From assembly GCA_025786725.1 (NCBI GenBank), contig JAHLTZ010000023.1, positions 62,001 to 126,000 on the forward strand: a stretch of DNA of 64,000 nucleotides. Reading direction: 5' to 3'. The translations under genes were made by a program, and so were the position numbers. Shown one piece after another: positions 13,478 through 29,402 of this stretch. Source of the DNA: Syncephalis fuscata S228. Taxonomy: Eukaryota > Fungi > Zoopagomycota. Below the pieces are notes generated by a model, which worked only from the letters and a program-made list of their open reading frames with translations, ran no database searches and was not told the origin of the DNA. The first letter of the stretch is position 1; the number at the start of each line of letters is the position of its first letter.

Positions 13478-14299
13478 GGTAATGAATAAAATGCGTATTA
13501 ATGCTATGAAAATGCTAGATGTTTAATTGAATGGCATAGGTCATTTGGGAATATTGATGTTTATATACATCCATGCAGCTTGGCCTTTGAATACCCAGTC
13601 CAGCCTTTAATTTTGTTTTAGTTTTTTGTTCTTGCTCAATTGTATTCATACAACCTGTATTGCCGTTGCCACAAAGGCTGAAGCTAGGCTTGTGTAACGG
13701 TAAAGCCGTACATATGGTCACCAATGCATGTGCTATGCATAAAAAAGGATTTGAACAAATAATAGTATGTCCAAACTAAGTTTATCTGGCATTTTACAAG
13801 GCAAGAATGTCAAAACTTTTAAACAAATCATATCATTAACAATCATGATATGTGTGCTTATAACAGATTATAACAATGGTAATAAAATGAACAAAAATGC
13901 ATTTAAAATATATTTATTCAAATTAAAGTAATGCTTAGCACATTTGACATTATTCCGTGTAATAAACTTGGCTATATCAACGTATGAGGATTACAATATC
14001 AGGTGAATATTTAAGAAATCCTTAAATAAGAGGCCATCAAAGCAAAAGTGGAGCTGGTTAGCTGACACCATAGATTGTATTTTCTCTGTTCTATGTATGG
14101 TATTTTATCTAACAGCCAAGAAACAAGTTCACTGATTATAATTATAATTATTCTGAATGTGTATACCAAAAGTTATCAAAAATTCAATACAATTTAATAC
14201 AAAACTTTAGTTAAGATCTAGTAACAATATTAAAATTCAAACACACACTTCCAGAACTTTTATCTTCTTTCTCTTTTTGTGTATTTGGATCTGTTAAAC

Positions 14300-15006
14300 A
14301 TGGATGACAACGAACTACAAGCAATTCGTGCCCGCCGTTTGGCCGAACTGCAAGCACAGCGTGTAAGTCTATCGTTGTTTATTTCATTAGTCAATTGCAG
14401 CTACTAATCGGCAAATAGGGAGCTGGCTCAGCGTCAGGTTCTCAACCTGGTGGCTTTACCGGAGGAAGCAACGACGCTGAAGGTGATGATGAAGCGAAAA
14501 GAAGGTAGAAGACAACAATAGTACTTTTAATAGTGACTTACTTATATAACAAATACAGTCAAGCCGAAGAAATGCGACGCACTATGGTAACCGAATGCCA
14601 ACAATAGTAACAATCATAATACTAATCAGTAATTACCGTGAATCTTACAGCTAAGTCAAATATTGAACAATGAGGCCAGAGAGCGATGTAAGTGAGCATG
14701 CTGTGTATTGTCCATAGTTTCTGAGCGTATATTCTAGTGGCCCGTATTGCTATGGTAAAGCCAGATAAGGCACGAGCCATGGAGGATTTGTTAATTCGCA
14801 TGGCTCGTGGTGGACAATTGCGTGGCCAAATAACCGAAAAGCAATTGGTTGAACTGCTAGAAAACATTAATCAGCAGGCACCAACTCAAAGCAAGATTGT
14901 GGTAAGTAATGATTGAACTTATCGGCACTGTCATTTTGTTAATTTATATTCATAGTACAATCGTCGACGTGAAGTTGATTCTGATGAAGATGACTGGGAT
15001 CTGTAG
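14300..15006 (+). CDS. PDCD5: PDCD5 / dsDNA-binding protein; several very short exons
   Basis: MDDNELQAIRARRLAELQ...MLSQILNNEARERLARIAMVKPDKARAMEDLLIRMARGGQL...ITEKQLVELLE...RRREVDSDEDDWDL*. Confidence 0.93.
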
Positions 15007-15514
15007 TAAAATAATAAAAATTTTATTGCATGGCATATTGATATATACCATATGATCTTTATCAATGTACTTGTTATTCCGCTGTACTTTGAACAATAGT
15101 CTGTATTTAGATAGTAAATTTTGTCATAATTATTGTAACAAATGTACTTGTATTGATGCAAATCATTACCAGATCCAAAATAATCATATATATATATATA
15201 TTAAAGCTGACAAATTAAAACTAAATAGTCATTAATGTGCTATTATTAACACGCAATGCTAACATATATCAACCAACTGCCGTGCTTTTTGCCAAATATT
15301 ACTTAAACTAGTTAGTATTATCAAGTCTTTTAAATTAGTGCACAGTGTAAATTTATAATCAAAAAGTAAACAAATGCCAGACTTTTAACAATCTAATTAT
15401 CTACTAACACAAGTATTTTTAATAATAATAATAAAAACATGATAGACTTGTTGATGCAAAATTAATCTTGTAGCAAATTAAGATATGGCATTATAGCCAT
15501 AAGTGTCACTTGCT

Positions 15515-18742
<3,228 letters not shown>

Positions 18743-19861
18743 GTTAATACCAAGTAATACGTTATGGTTAGTTACCACTGGTAGCGGATAAACGCACAAT
18801 GCGTACAGGTTACAAGGCACAAGTAGATCTAGATCACGTTCGTACAAACAAAGAGGCCTGTAAGATGTAAAGAATGCAAGGCGAATAAGCAATTGCTTAT
18901 CAACTATGTGCACGGAATCTTCAATAGCACCTTGATCTGCTACTAATAGTAGACGATCGGTAGCAATGATGCAATGATCTAAAGCGTGAGCTACTGAATA
19001 GAAACAAAGCAATTTAGCCGTGGTAATTTGCAAGCTCGTACTGTTGCTATGTACCAGTAGTGCAGTCAAAAGGGAGAAGAGTAAAAACGACGAGAAAAAG
19101 GCGGTAGTGTGGTGAGAGAGAGAGAGAGAGACAAGGCGTGAACGAATACAGACACAAAGATAAGATTGTTGGACGATTAACCTTGAATTCGTGCCACTGT
19201 CACAAGTTTTGTTGTTATTATTATTATGATGATGATGATTAATTCAATTATTTATAACTTTATTATGATTGTTGTTGTTATAACATCATTTAATAATTTC
19301 AACCACATTGTAAAACAATAATACAAATAAAAGTATATTTTATTTACACTATTTTACTCACATAACAATGATGGTAGTGGTCAATTAACAAGATGGTTTG
19401 AATTATGTTCCCATTTCCTGCTTGTAAAACTATGTTTGCATGGGACTGTTTGGTGTCAAACTTACCGGTTGACGTAATAAATGAACCATGTACCCATGAA
19501 TTGGAGGCATCAATATGTCAGCATCTTAGTGCTATGTCGTGGCGATAAAGACAAACGGAACAATCATCTTGGCATAATGAACAATGTACCATGAATGCCA
19601 TGCATATAGAATGACAGCGTTATTTAGTAATACACTATAGATTACTAGTACATTTACAATTTATTAAAGTACATTTTTATGACTAGTAACAATATCGGTA
19701 ATATCGGTAATATCGTATTATATAATAACTGTAGAACATTTAAATTATTGTTACCGCCAAGCAATCAAATTCGGCTTTAACAAACAAATTTACTTTTTTT
19801 TTCTTTTCAAGCCATACACACAATTCCGACAACGCTTGAAAAGGAGAAAAGGAGCAGCAAT

Positions 19862-19997
19862 CACGTGTTCAGATGCCACCCAATCCAGATGACCCATTAA
19901 GTGATTGTCGCCAATCAAATAATATTTTACCCTTTGTCCCGCCAATCACCATTACCCACGCGAATGGATCATAGATTTCCATGAGGGAGTATAAAAG
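19862..19997 (+). promoter_or_regulatory. TBP core promoter: CACGTG, three CCAAT boxes, TATAAAAG
   Basis: CACGTG 19862; CCAATC at 19880, 19911, 19942; TATAAAAG 19990-19997, followed by a pyrimidine/CA-rich leader. Confidence 0.55.
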
Positions 19998-20337
19998 GAC
20001 GAGACCGCCCTCCCTCAACCACCCTTTTCTTCACTTTTCTGAGTTGATTTGCACCCATCCACACACACACACGCTCACATTCACTCACTCACTCACTCAC
20101 TCACTCATCCACACACACACATCATATCACACTATTTCGCTCTCTCTATTCGCACCACTTCCGATTGGTCTAGTGTCACTCTGCCAGTTTATTTTGCCAG
20201 TTTGATTCACTTGCCAGTTTTTACATCGTTTAACTGTTGAAAACACTTTTATCATCTATTGATCGTTTTCAATAGCCATCTATTCTCTCATCTACTCTAC
20301 CGCAACTACCTTCTGCATTCCATCTTTACACGTCACC

Positions 20338-21635
20338 ATGGCGACCGCCAATACTGATATCAATCTCTCATTTACTCAGTCTCCAATCCTAACACGGTTG
20401 GTGACAATGCGGGTGCATCCATTTATTCACAATTAAATGGCCTTGGTCTGCCAGAAGGTACACTTAATGGTATTGCTGCAGCGTCGCAAGGCTTGTCGCT
20501 GCCGCCAACACCGGCTCCTACCCAGGAGCTGTTGGGTGCTGACAAGTCAGCGATGATGGTGTCGGACACGACTGGTTCTGGTGCCGTAACCGGCGTTACC
20601 GTACACGGGATTGTCCCTACATTACAGTAAGTATAGTGTGCATATAGCACGTCGTATGTTTGTCGAGCAATGCGTGTTCATTGATCGCTAAACATACTTG
20701 GCTTTTTCTCAGAAACATTGTGGCCACCGTCAATCTTGATTGTCGCTTGGATCTCAAGACCATTGCTATGCATGCGCGTAATGCAGAGTACAATCCAAAG
20801 GTATATATACATTTTCTTTTGTGTGTGTGACCGCGTGCTTCCCATCTATTGAGTTGCGTCGGCGTGTATATAAGCAACGATGTACACGTGGGCACATGCT
20901 GATAGGTGGTGATGGCTGATGTATGCGTTACAGCTGCATTTGCGGATTAAATTTTACGGACACAATGCTAAGTTATTCCACAGCGTTTTGCTGCAGTGAT
21001 TATGCGTATTCGTGAGCCTAAAACAACGGCACTCATCTTTGCTTCTGGCAAGATGGTGGTAACGGGCGCTAAATCCGAGGACGACTCGCGACTGGCTGCG
21101 CGTAAATACGCCCGCATTGTTCAAAAGCTTGGTTTCCCAGCCAAGTTTACGGATTTCAAGATCCAGAACATTGTCGGCAGTTGCGATGTCAAATTTCCAA
21201 TTCGTTTGGAAGGTTTGGCCTACTCTCACGGCCATTACTCCAGTGTACGTATATATTAATGTTGTGCTATTATTGTATGGCACAAGTCAACGTCATTGAC
21301 GTTGCTATTGTTTCATTCAAAATGCTTATTGTTTGTTTGTTCGATTGATTGTTTATTCAATGGACAATGCTCCCTTAATAGTATGAACCGGAACTATTTC
21401 CTGGTCTAATTTACCGTATGGTGAAACCAAAAATTGTATTGCTTATTTTTGTGTCTGGCAAGATCGTACTTACTGGTGCAAAGGTATGTACTATTTTATT
21501 AAAGTATTTTTGTTGTGCCTTTATTTTATGTTGTAATTAATGATATGACATTTGTAATTTGGATAGGTCCGTGAAGAAATTTATCAGGCATTCGATACCA
21601 TCTATCCTGTATTGGCCGAATTCCGCAAGCCATAG
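20338..21635 (+). CDS. TBP: TATA-binding protein; multi-exon; apparent 1-nt deletion near 20385
   Basis: GIVPTLQ|[26 protein letters not shown]|[31 protein letters not shown]...[13 protein letters not shown]...EFRKP*. Confidence 0.98.
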
Positions 21636-22512
21636 ACTAGCTACATCTGTTCTCTATGTGCAGATGACTTGATGTATTATGTTTGCATTATCTCTCATCA
21701 TTCAACTGCCTATCTCTACACTTTCTTTCTTTTCTTTCCTTTGATCTGTCTGTTCGTTCGTCCGTCTATCTGCTATCTGCCTTGCCTGCCTATCTACTTT
21801 TTCCATTATCTTATTCTTTATCAACTGCTATGTCATTTGATTGAATACCTCTTTCTATCGCTATATCGCTTCTACTCTGTATTCTACACTTGCTTTAGTG
21901 TGACTATTTCTATCTACAACATACACACACATGCACAATATGGATATTGCTAAAAATCCTTCCATCTCCACCCCACTCAGTTGCGCATTATGCCTGCAGT
22001 TACGTATTTATCCTCACTATTTGGTGGAAATTGCAAATACATAATTCTGCGTGAAAATAAAAATAAAAACTGGATGCGTATTATGTTTATTTTTTACATT
22101 GATTATAAAAGTGTTTGTATTTTATTACCAACTATTATATATAAACGTTTAAATGATGCTGTTTAATATAACACTTTTGTTAAATAAATAAACGATAGCA
22201 TTAATATATATACATATAAAGGAACAAAATAGTGAAAATAATAGTGAAAATAATAGTGAAAATAGCGTGGTAAAATTAAATCTTGATTATTTACGATTCT
22301 AACTGGACTGTTCATTCGTTGGATTTCTATTTTAAAAACAAATTGTTGTTATTTGTCGAGGGGCATGAAAGATGGTATCTTTATTAGGAGAGAAGTGGCC
22401 ATCTTTTCCATCTTTGCTTAACTACCTGTTGTTGGCTTTATTGCTTTCTATCAACTTACCCATAGTTTAGCCATTACAGTTTACTTTTAACCAACCAACT
22501 AAACAACTGAAG

Positions 22513-24229
22513 ATGACAAGCAGCGACAAACGTGGCCCGTTTAACTATGACAATGACCCTGAACGGCCTTCACCTCATTTAATCGTGCGAAAAGACCAAC
22601 CGTTTAATGCAGAGCCAGCTTTGCCTATCCTGGCCGCAACTACATCACGCCTACAAATGAGTTTTTTAAACGAAATCACGGCCCCATTCCCGACTTAAGT
22701 GCGACTACTCATAAGGTATTTGTATCGGCACCGGCTCTTAAGGGTGCACCACAACGAGCCTTTTCCATGGCCGATATTCATGCCATGCCACGACTCGAAA
22801 TAACTGCCGCCTTACAGGTAAGTTCATTACAGGGAAAGGTGGTAATAGCAAAACAAATTAGACTCATGTACAAACTGTCGTCGTATAGTGTGCCGGCAAT
22901 CGACGTGATGGCCTTAATAAACTTGCCAAGGTGAAAGGTGTTATTTGGGCAGCCGGTACAATTAGCAATGCAACATGGGCTGGTGCTACTATGCGTGATA
23001 TTTTACTGGCAGCCGGTATACCCGATGCAAGTGATTCTGCTGTACAAGGATGGCATGTATCTTTTGAAGCTATCGGTGACTGTGAAGAGGATGTCGTTTA
23101 TGGCTCATCCATTCCTCTATGGATTGCCATGTAAGTAGTGGATTAGTTATAATGGCAATATACCATTAATCAAATTTGGCCAAATAGGAGTCCCCATCGG
23201 GATGTAATACTGGCCTACGAGGTAATTATTTAATTTAGATATGAATGTATATACTAGCAATTAATACTATTTATCTAGATGAATGGTAAAACAATAACAC
23301 GCGATCATGGCTTTCCAGTCCGTGTCATTGTACCAGGTACGTTAAAAAGATGAAGTAAATTGTAATTAATCAATTAACTAATTATACCTATTTGTTAATA
23401 TTATATTTAGGTATTATTGGTGCTCGATCAGTTAAATGGATATCCAAAATAACTGTACAGCCACAAGAATCAGAAAGCTTTTATCAACAACGTGATTACA
23501 AAATTCTTCCACCACATGTAAATTATACACTATTAATATAATGTATTCCTATTCTGATGTTATATATATGTACATGTATATGTATATGTATATATGTATG
23601 TATAGGCACAAGAAAAAGATCTAACTGAATGGTGGCCAAGACTTGCAGCCTTACAGGAAATGAACGTACAAAGCGTCATTTGTGAACCAGAAGAGAATGA
23701 ATTAATGCGTGGTGGGCCGATCACTATTCGTGGCTATGCCATTTCCGGTAAGTATTAATTTATATAAAAGTATCGATTAACATTAAATAAATGTAGGTGG
23801 TGGTAGAGCTATTGAACGTGTAGGTAAGTAGTTAATTATAGTTATAACAAATATGATCATCGCTAATATATATATATATATCATTATTTAGATGTATCTT
23901 TGGATGGAGGCAAGACTTGGGGATTAGCTGAATTATACCACCCAACAAAACAGCAAGATCGCCACTGGGGATGGACACTATGGTCATTTAGAGTACCACG
24001 TCTTACGGTAGACGCAGAGATTGTTTGTCGTGCCTGTAAGTAAATAGATGCATTTATATAGACGCATTTATATAGACGCATTTATTTATTTCTACAATAT
24101 ATTTACATATATAAATGTATAGGGGACTCTGCTGGTAATACACAACCTAATCTACCGATATACAACTACCGTGGTGTAATGAATAATGCTTATCATCGTG
24201 TTCAAGTCAAGCCAAAAGCCAACTGTTAA
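22513..24229 (+). CDS. Sulfite oxidase (Moco + dimerisation domains, no cytochrome b5 domain); multi-exon; 1-nt deletion near 22635
   Basis: [17 protein letters not shown]|CAGNRR (Mo-ligand Cys), YGSSIP, AYE|[18 protein letters not shown]|[15 protein letters not shown]|[21 protein letters not shown]. Confidence 0.92.
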
Positions 24230-24523
24230 CCTCTTGATAGATAACAATAAACTACTTTTGGTTTATTCTACAATGATTAAAGTAAAAAGAATAAATAAAT
24301 ACGCGTGTAAAGTGGATGAATATAAATAATAGAAAAATATGAATAATCCTAATACTAACTATGAGTGCTGTGTGTGTGTGTGTGTGCGTGTGTGTGAGTG
24401 AGTGATTGGACCGGCAACAGTGCAAGCTGGATGCCAACGCCCACTCAGCCCCAAGATTGGCTCCTCCTCTCTCTTTTCTAACATTCGTTTCCTTAGGATT
24501 CGCTATCCATCCGAAACGACAAT

Positions 24524-25509
24524 ATGGTATGCATTCAACTGAGATGGATTAATAGAGGGGCGATACTTGTTAATAGATGGATGGATGGATGGATATATAC
24601 ATAGATGGATGGATTAATATACATTCATTGTGAAATAGCACGGATATGGAGACTTTGACCGGCAAACGGTCAACAACATCATAGAAAGTAGTGAATATGT
24701 TGGTAGGAATCGCGTTTACGTGCTACTACGTATCTTACCCTTACTGCTTTGCGTTTAATAATAAGTAGAAATACAGGAAGCATTAAGCGATAGACAAGTA
24801 TTTACATTGCGAAATCTATTGATGTTGATAGTATAGACTGGCAATGTCATTGCTGGCTTAATTGATTCTATATGAATCAACGGCATATATCTGCTATGCT
24901 ATAGTAGTAGAAGTGGTGTTAATACGGGCTACTAACAGGATCATTGACTAACGATTATATTATCATCGGTACAATAATATCTTTATTATAGACCGTCAAG
25001 GCCTCTGAGTTGCGTCAGAAAGACCGTGCTGCTCTTGAGAAGCAGTGGATGACTCAAGCAAGAGCTTTTGTCCCTCCGTGTCCAAAAGGTCACTGCTGGT
25101 AACAATGCCAAGACTTTCCGCATGTAAGTGTTGTTTGTATAATAGTGACGAGTTATAGGCTATCGCGCGTAATAGTCTATACAGCAACCAACCAATGAAT
25201 GAATCAATCAGTCAATTGGCGAATGAGTACATTTAAAGTAATATTAACTAACGCTATTGCTATACTGAACTGATTAGTCGCGAAGTCAAGCACGCTATTG
25301 CCCGTACCTTGACCGTCATCACCCAAAAGCAACGCTCCCAAGTTGCTTTGCACTACAAGGGCAACCCATACAAGCCTCTTGACTTGCGCGTCAAGAAGAC
25401 CCGTGCCATCCGTCGTCAATTGACCAAGAAGGAGCGCAGCGCCAAGACCCTCCGTACCGTCAAGCGCGAACAAAACTTCCCTCAGCGCAAGTTTGCCCTT
25501 AAGGCTTAA
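24524..25509 (+). CDS. RPL35: 60S ribosomal protein L35 (uL29); exon 1 encodes only the ATG, long first intron
   Basis: ATG|GTATGC at 24524; exon 2 TVKASELRQK...LRVQKV; exon 3 IARTLTVI...YKPLDLRVKKTRAIRRQLT...FPQRKFALKA*. Confidence 0.96.
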
Positions 25510-27594
25510 AGCGGCGGCCGTAGAAGAAGGATGTTATTTGTGTAGGCATTGACGCGACGTTTAGCACCTGGTCGGCGTTATTGTTGTTTATCTGCCTATC
25601 TATATATATACATCTGGCTCTGCTGGTTGTGCATAAACTCTTTTTTAGGCAACTAGTAGTAAACAAACATACGACTGGCTTGATCATTTCCATGTATTAG
25701 TCGGGTCTGTTTCATTGATATTGAGCTTATTAATATGGTTTATTATTACATGTTTGTGTGTGAATTATTTTGGCTATATTGTAGATACGTAATAATGCTT
25801 GTTTTAATGCTATTAACTGTACTTTTGATAATCTATAATGCAATAAGCTATACAAATTATTATTGATAATTTAATAATATACTAAAAGTAATTATTTTGG
25901 CTAAATTGCACTTTGACTTCCACATTTCAAGTCCTCAAAGCAAAATTTATTCCAATCAAAGTCATGTTGTTATACACAACATAGTTATGTTGCTTTCTAT
26001 TAAAATGTTGTCAATAAATTAATTTAAATAAGTAATGTAACATACCATTCGATTTCTTTAAAACATTTAAGGCCGATTATTGTTGTTGTTGGCTATGTGT
26101 AGAAAGATTGATGAATATTAATAGAAGCCATATGATTGCAATTCCATGTCGTTCTGTATTTGTTGTTGTTGCATCTATGTACAACATGGATTATTGCATC
26201 TGAATGGTCTCTTCTATTTTCTAATATTGTACTATTGCATTATGGGCATATTTGTGATGTAAGATCAAGATTAATATAATTAGTATAAATATTGTTTATT
26301 AAACTGCCACTTTTCCTATAGCCAATTTGACTAAATAAATGACAATATATATATATATTAAAGCAATAATAAAAAAACTAATTAATTACATTATTGTATT
26401 GATAGTTGCACATGAATCAATTAATGCTAGATGTAATATTATACATGAATAGGACTAAATGAATGTGGGAGTCAAAGTACATTAGCTTTATTATTTTAAT
26501 GCAATTCATACGTAAATAGCGGGTTGTTATGCAAATATGGTTGATATACTTTTAGTTCCAGCAATAGAATTATAGCGTCTACATTTTACATATTGTAATA
26601 GTCAGCATTTTCTAAATAAATGTCAAATATTCAAATGCATTGCTTATTTATTGTTTTATTAAGTGACAATCGTTAAATTACGCCAAAAAAAACTTATATA
26701 GTAGTAGCATTTCTATGTGCATAATTTGACTCATTAGCTGTTCAGTACACGTAGATTGACATAAGCATGGGGGAGAGGTTTGAGAGACGATTACAGCCAA
26801 ATACGTTAATGGGCAGATATTAGTAGCATGCAATAAATTATATTGTTTATATACGTTAAAAATATTGTTAATTGCGCTTATTTTGTGCTGGATCAGCATT
26901 TATTGACTTAAACATACCACTAAGTCAATTAACGTTGATTTAACGCAAAAACAGATATAATTAACTGTACCGTTGGCAGTATATGCTTGAACGTAATACA
27001 ATACTAAACAAACAAGCAATCGCTATACCAATGAAAGTGTTAATATCAATGATCTAAGTGATGAAAATTATTTGCAAAAAGGTCAGAATACAAAAAAGCA
27101 ATGCAAGTACATAGTGTAAACAGTGTTTGTACATAACTAGTAGTCAGTCAACTACTGACACTATATCCATAGCATATATGGAGTGTAAATAATAAAAGTC
27201 AATCTATCCAACATGTCAGTACATCATAGAACAGATTAATAGTAAATGAATAAATGCATTAAGAATAAAAATCATTTGACACCAAAACTACTCATTATCA
27301 TAAAACATACATTCAGTATAATAGCGAATATAATAAAGTAATAATAATCATTTGACATTAAAAAAGCATTAAAAACATAAAACATAAAATTTAATTATAA
27401 AACTTTAGTATGTTATCGCACCAAATGTATAACAGTGAATAATGATATTGGCAAACAGGCAACTATTATATATATTTATATTTATAAAGTGAAACAAATG
27501 GCTAGTAAAATACTTGCAACAAAATTTCTAATAAACAATTAGTTGATAATCATTAGTTATTGTGCAAATGATTTACCTTTTTTACTGCGCTTGG

Positions 27595-28655
27595 CTAGCT
27601 TTGGCTGGACGCGTGGCAATGCTCGTTTATTATTGTCGCCACCAGCTGGAGTAGAAGTTGGTGCAAAAGCAGAGATAGGTGGATTCTCGGAAACTGGAGC
27701 AGGAATTGCAGTATATGGTTTTTTGAAGTTGAGACAGGGACCGGAGCAGGCGAATCATTTAAAGTTAAAGCGGGAATTGGAATAGATAAATCCTTTAAAT
27801 TTGGGTCCGGAATTGAATTATACAAATTTTCGGAGACATTGTCTGAAGCCAAGTCCAATTTGCAATGAATGAATCATCTGATGGTAAAATATTGATCCAG
27901 AATCTAATCGTTTTGGATTATCTCGGGTGGTGCATATTCTAGGCTAGTATAATAGCCCTTTAAAACTTCTGTTGAATTGGCAAGTACTGGTACCTTTACG
28001 AGGTTTGCTAATAACACATGCGGTTGTTGGTTTTCCTCCACCAGTAAAAGATTCTCTGACAGCACCAATATAAATAAATGTTATAAACTATAAGTGGGGA
28101 TTTAATATTTAGTGTTTAAAATGGCCAATGGATATGTTAAAGTAATATAATAGTGATGATGCAGTAACTTATCTCGGTGAATGATGTTATTTTTGTGTAA
28201 GCACTAGTATATATATATAAAGTTAGCATTCATGTAATTATATTAATAAAACTTACTGAAGAATTATTGCCTTTACCGTTGCCTCTGAGAGTGGTGTATG
28301 ACACCTCATACAACTTACTAGACTGCCTCCATTAGCGTATTTTATTATTGTATAAAAGTAATTTTTAGTGTGTAAAATGTCCAGTAGTTTTATTATATTG
28401 GTGTGCGCCCTGTGTTGCTAATATATTTTCTTCGTACTTAAGCTGAATACCTTTTTATACTTGGCATCAGCGTCTTTCAGTATGAATGTATTTTATCACA
28501 GCACGCTCCGGCGTATTGCGCGTTATACAAAAATATGATTGTACTTGGTATTTATTGTTCTATATATATCAAAATTTTGTTAGTACAATTTTATTGAAAA
28601 TAACCGCCTACCCTTTAAGTTTTGCGGCAGTCATTAAATACTTGCTGTAAACAAC
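27595..28655 (-). pseudogene. Degenerate CAMK-like protein kinase pseudogene
   Basis: Ordered minus-strand remnants: AVIKYI, HTNIIKLLDIL..KNYFYTII..YANGGSL, LHKNNIIHRD (28171-28200), ENLLL..HVLLAN (no DFG), YAPPEII (~27916-27936), then a stop; residual GTAAGT..AG introns. Confidence 0.7.
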
Positions 28656-28809
28656 CTGCAAACATTGTTAATTATTAAATAATTATAAAGTTGAAATTTA
28701 GTACTCATGTTATTATAATTATCACTATTATAATCTTATTCTCGGCTACATTGGTTAAAGCAAATACAATAAGATGAGCTAAAAAATACACCGTTTTTAG
28801 ATTTATTTA

Positions 28810-29402
28810 GATTTTAAAAGTATTTATTAATAAAAATTTAATTATTTTCAGTATTTTTATTTGTATATTCGTTGTTGTATTATGTGTTACGGTACCTAAT
28901 TACGGCATTAAGGTCGCGTAGCTATTTATCATGCATTAATCCATGACATCCACCATGTAATTGAACAATATGCCAATTATAACATATAAATAGCCACAAC
29001 AACAATATACTAAATACTAGTGCTAACAATCATAAACAAACAGCTATCGAGGAGCATAGCTTGTAAATACTTGTTATTTAGTGACATATGAACAACTATA
29101 TGGATAAAAGTCAAGTTTTATTAATAATGACATTTAATATAAAATATTGATCTTATTGGAATCATAATAAAATATCAAAATCTTTGGTTCTATATTATTT
29201 TTTCTACTTTAGTTACAAGCGTTATTCATTTATTAAAAGCTTAACTGTGATAACCGATAATCAAACAGAATAATTGTTTATTGCTTATTTTATAATAGCA
29301 TTAGATTCATGTTATATCAATATAAGCAATTAATTAGTAGCCACTAACGCTTAGGTGATAGAAGTAGGCTTAAATGAAATGGTAACCATTAAGTTGCTAG
29401 TC
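28810..29402 (+). repeat. Dispersed ~600-bp non-coding repeat, copy 1
   Basis: Colinear with 61822-62417; shared blocks CTAATTACGG, GGTCGCGTAG, ACAACAATATACTAAATACTAG, CTAACAATCATAAACAAACAGCTATC, GCTTAGGTGATAGAAGTAGGCTT. Confidence 0.9.

Larger units (their letters stand above)
9124..13617. repeat. Long inverted repeat: arms 9124-11069 and 11676-13617, ~600-bp spacer
   Basis: Arms are reverse complements across 5' flank, exons and introns, differing by scattered 1-nt indels and a few substitutions. Confidence 0.95.

Noticed and set aside
9124-13617. Inverted repeat as the terminal repeats of a DNA transposon, or as an amplification fold-back chimera
   Set aside because: The arms are intron-containing genes with no transposase or TSD, and diverged homology beyond the identical core is not expected of a chimera.
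22889-22891. Possible selenocysteine at the sulfite oxidase Mo ligand
   Set aside because: The codon is TGT (Cys); no conserved in-frame TGA found.
26090-26270. Hydrophobic reading-frame fragment followed by GTAAGA
   Set aside because: Too short and motif-free to call a gene or pseudogene.
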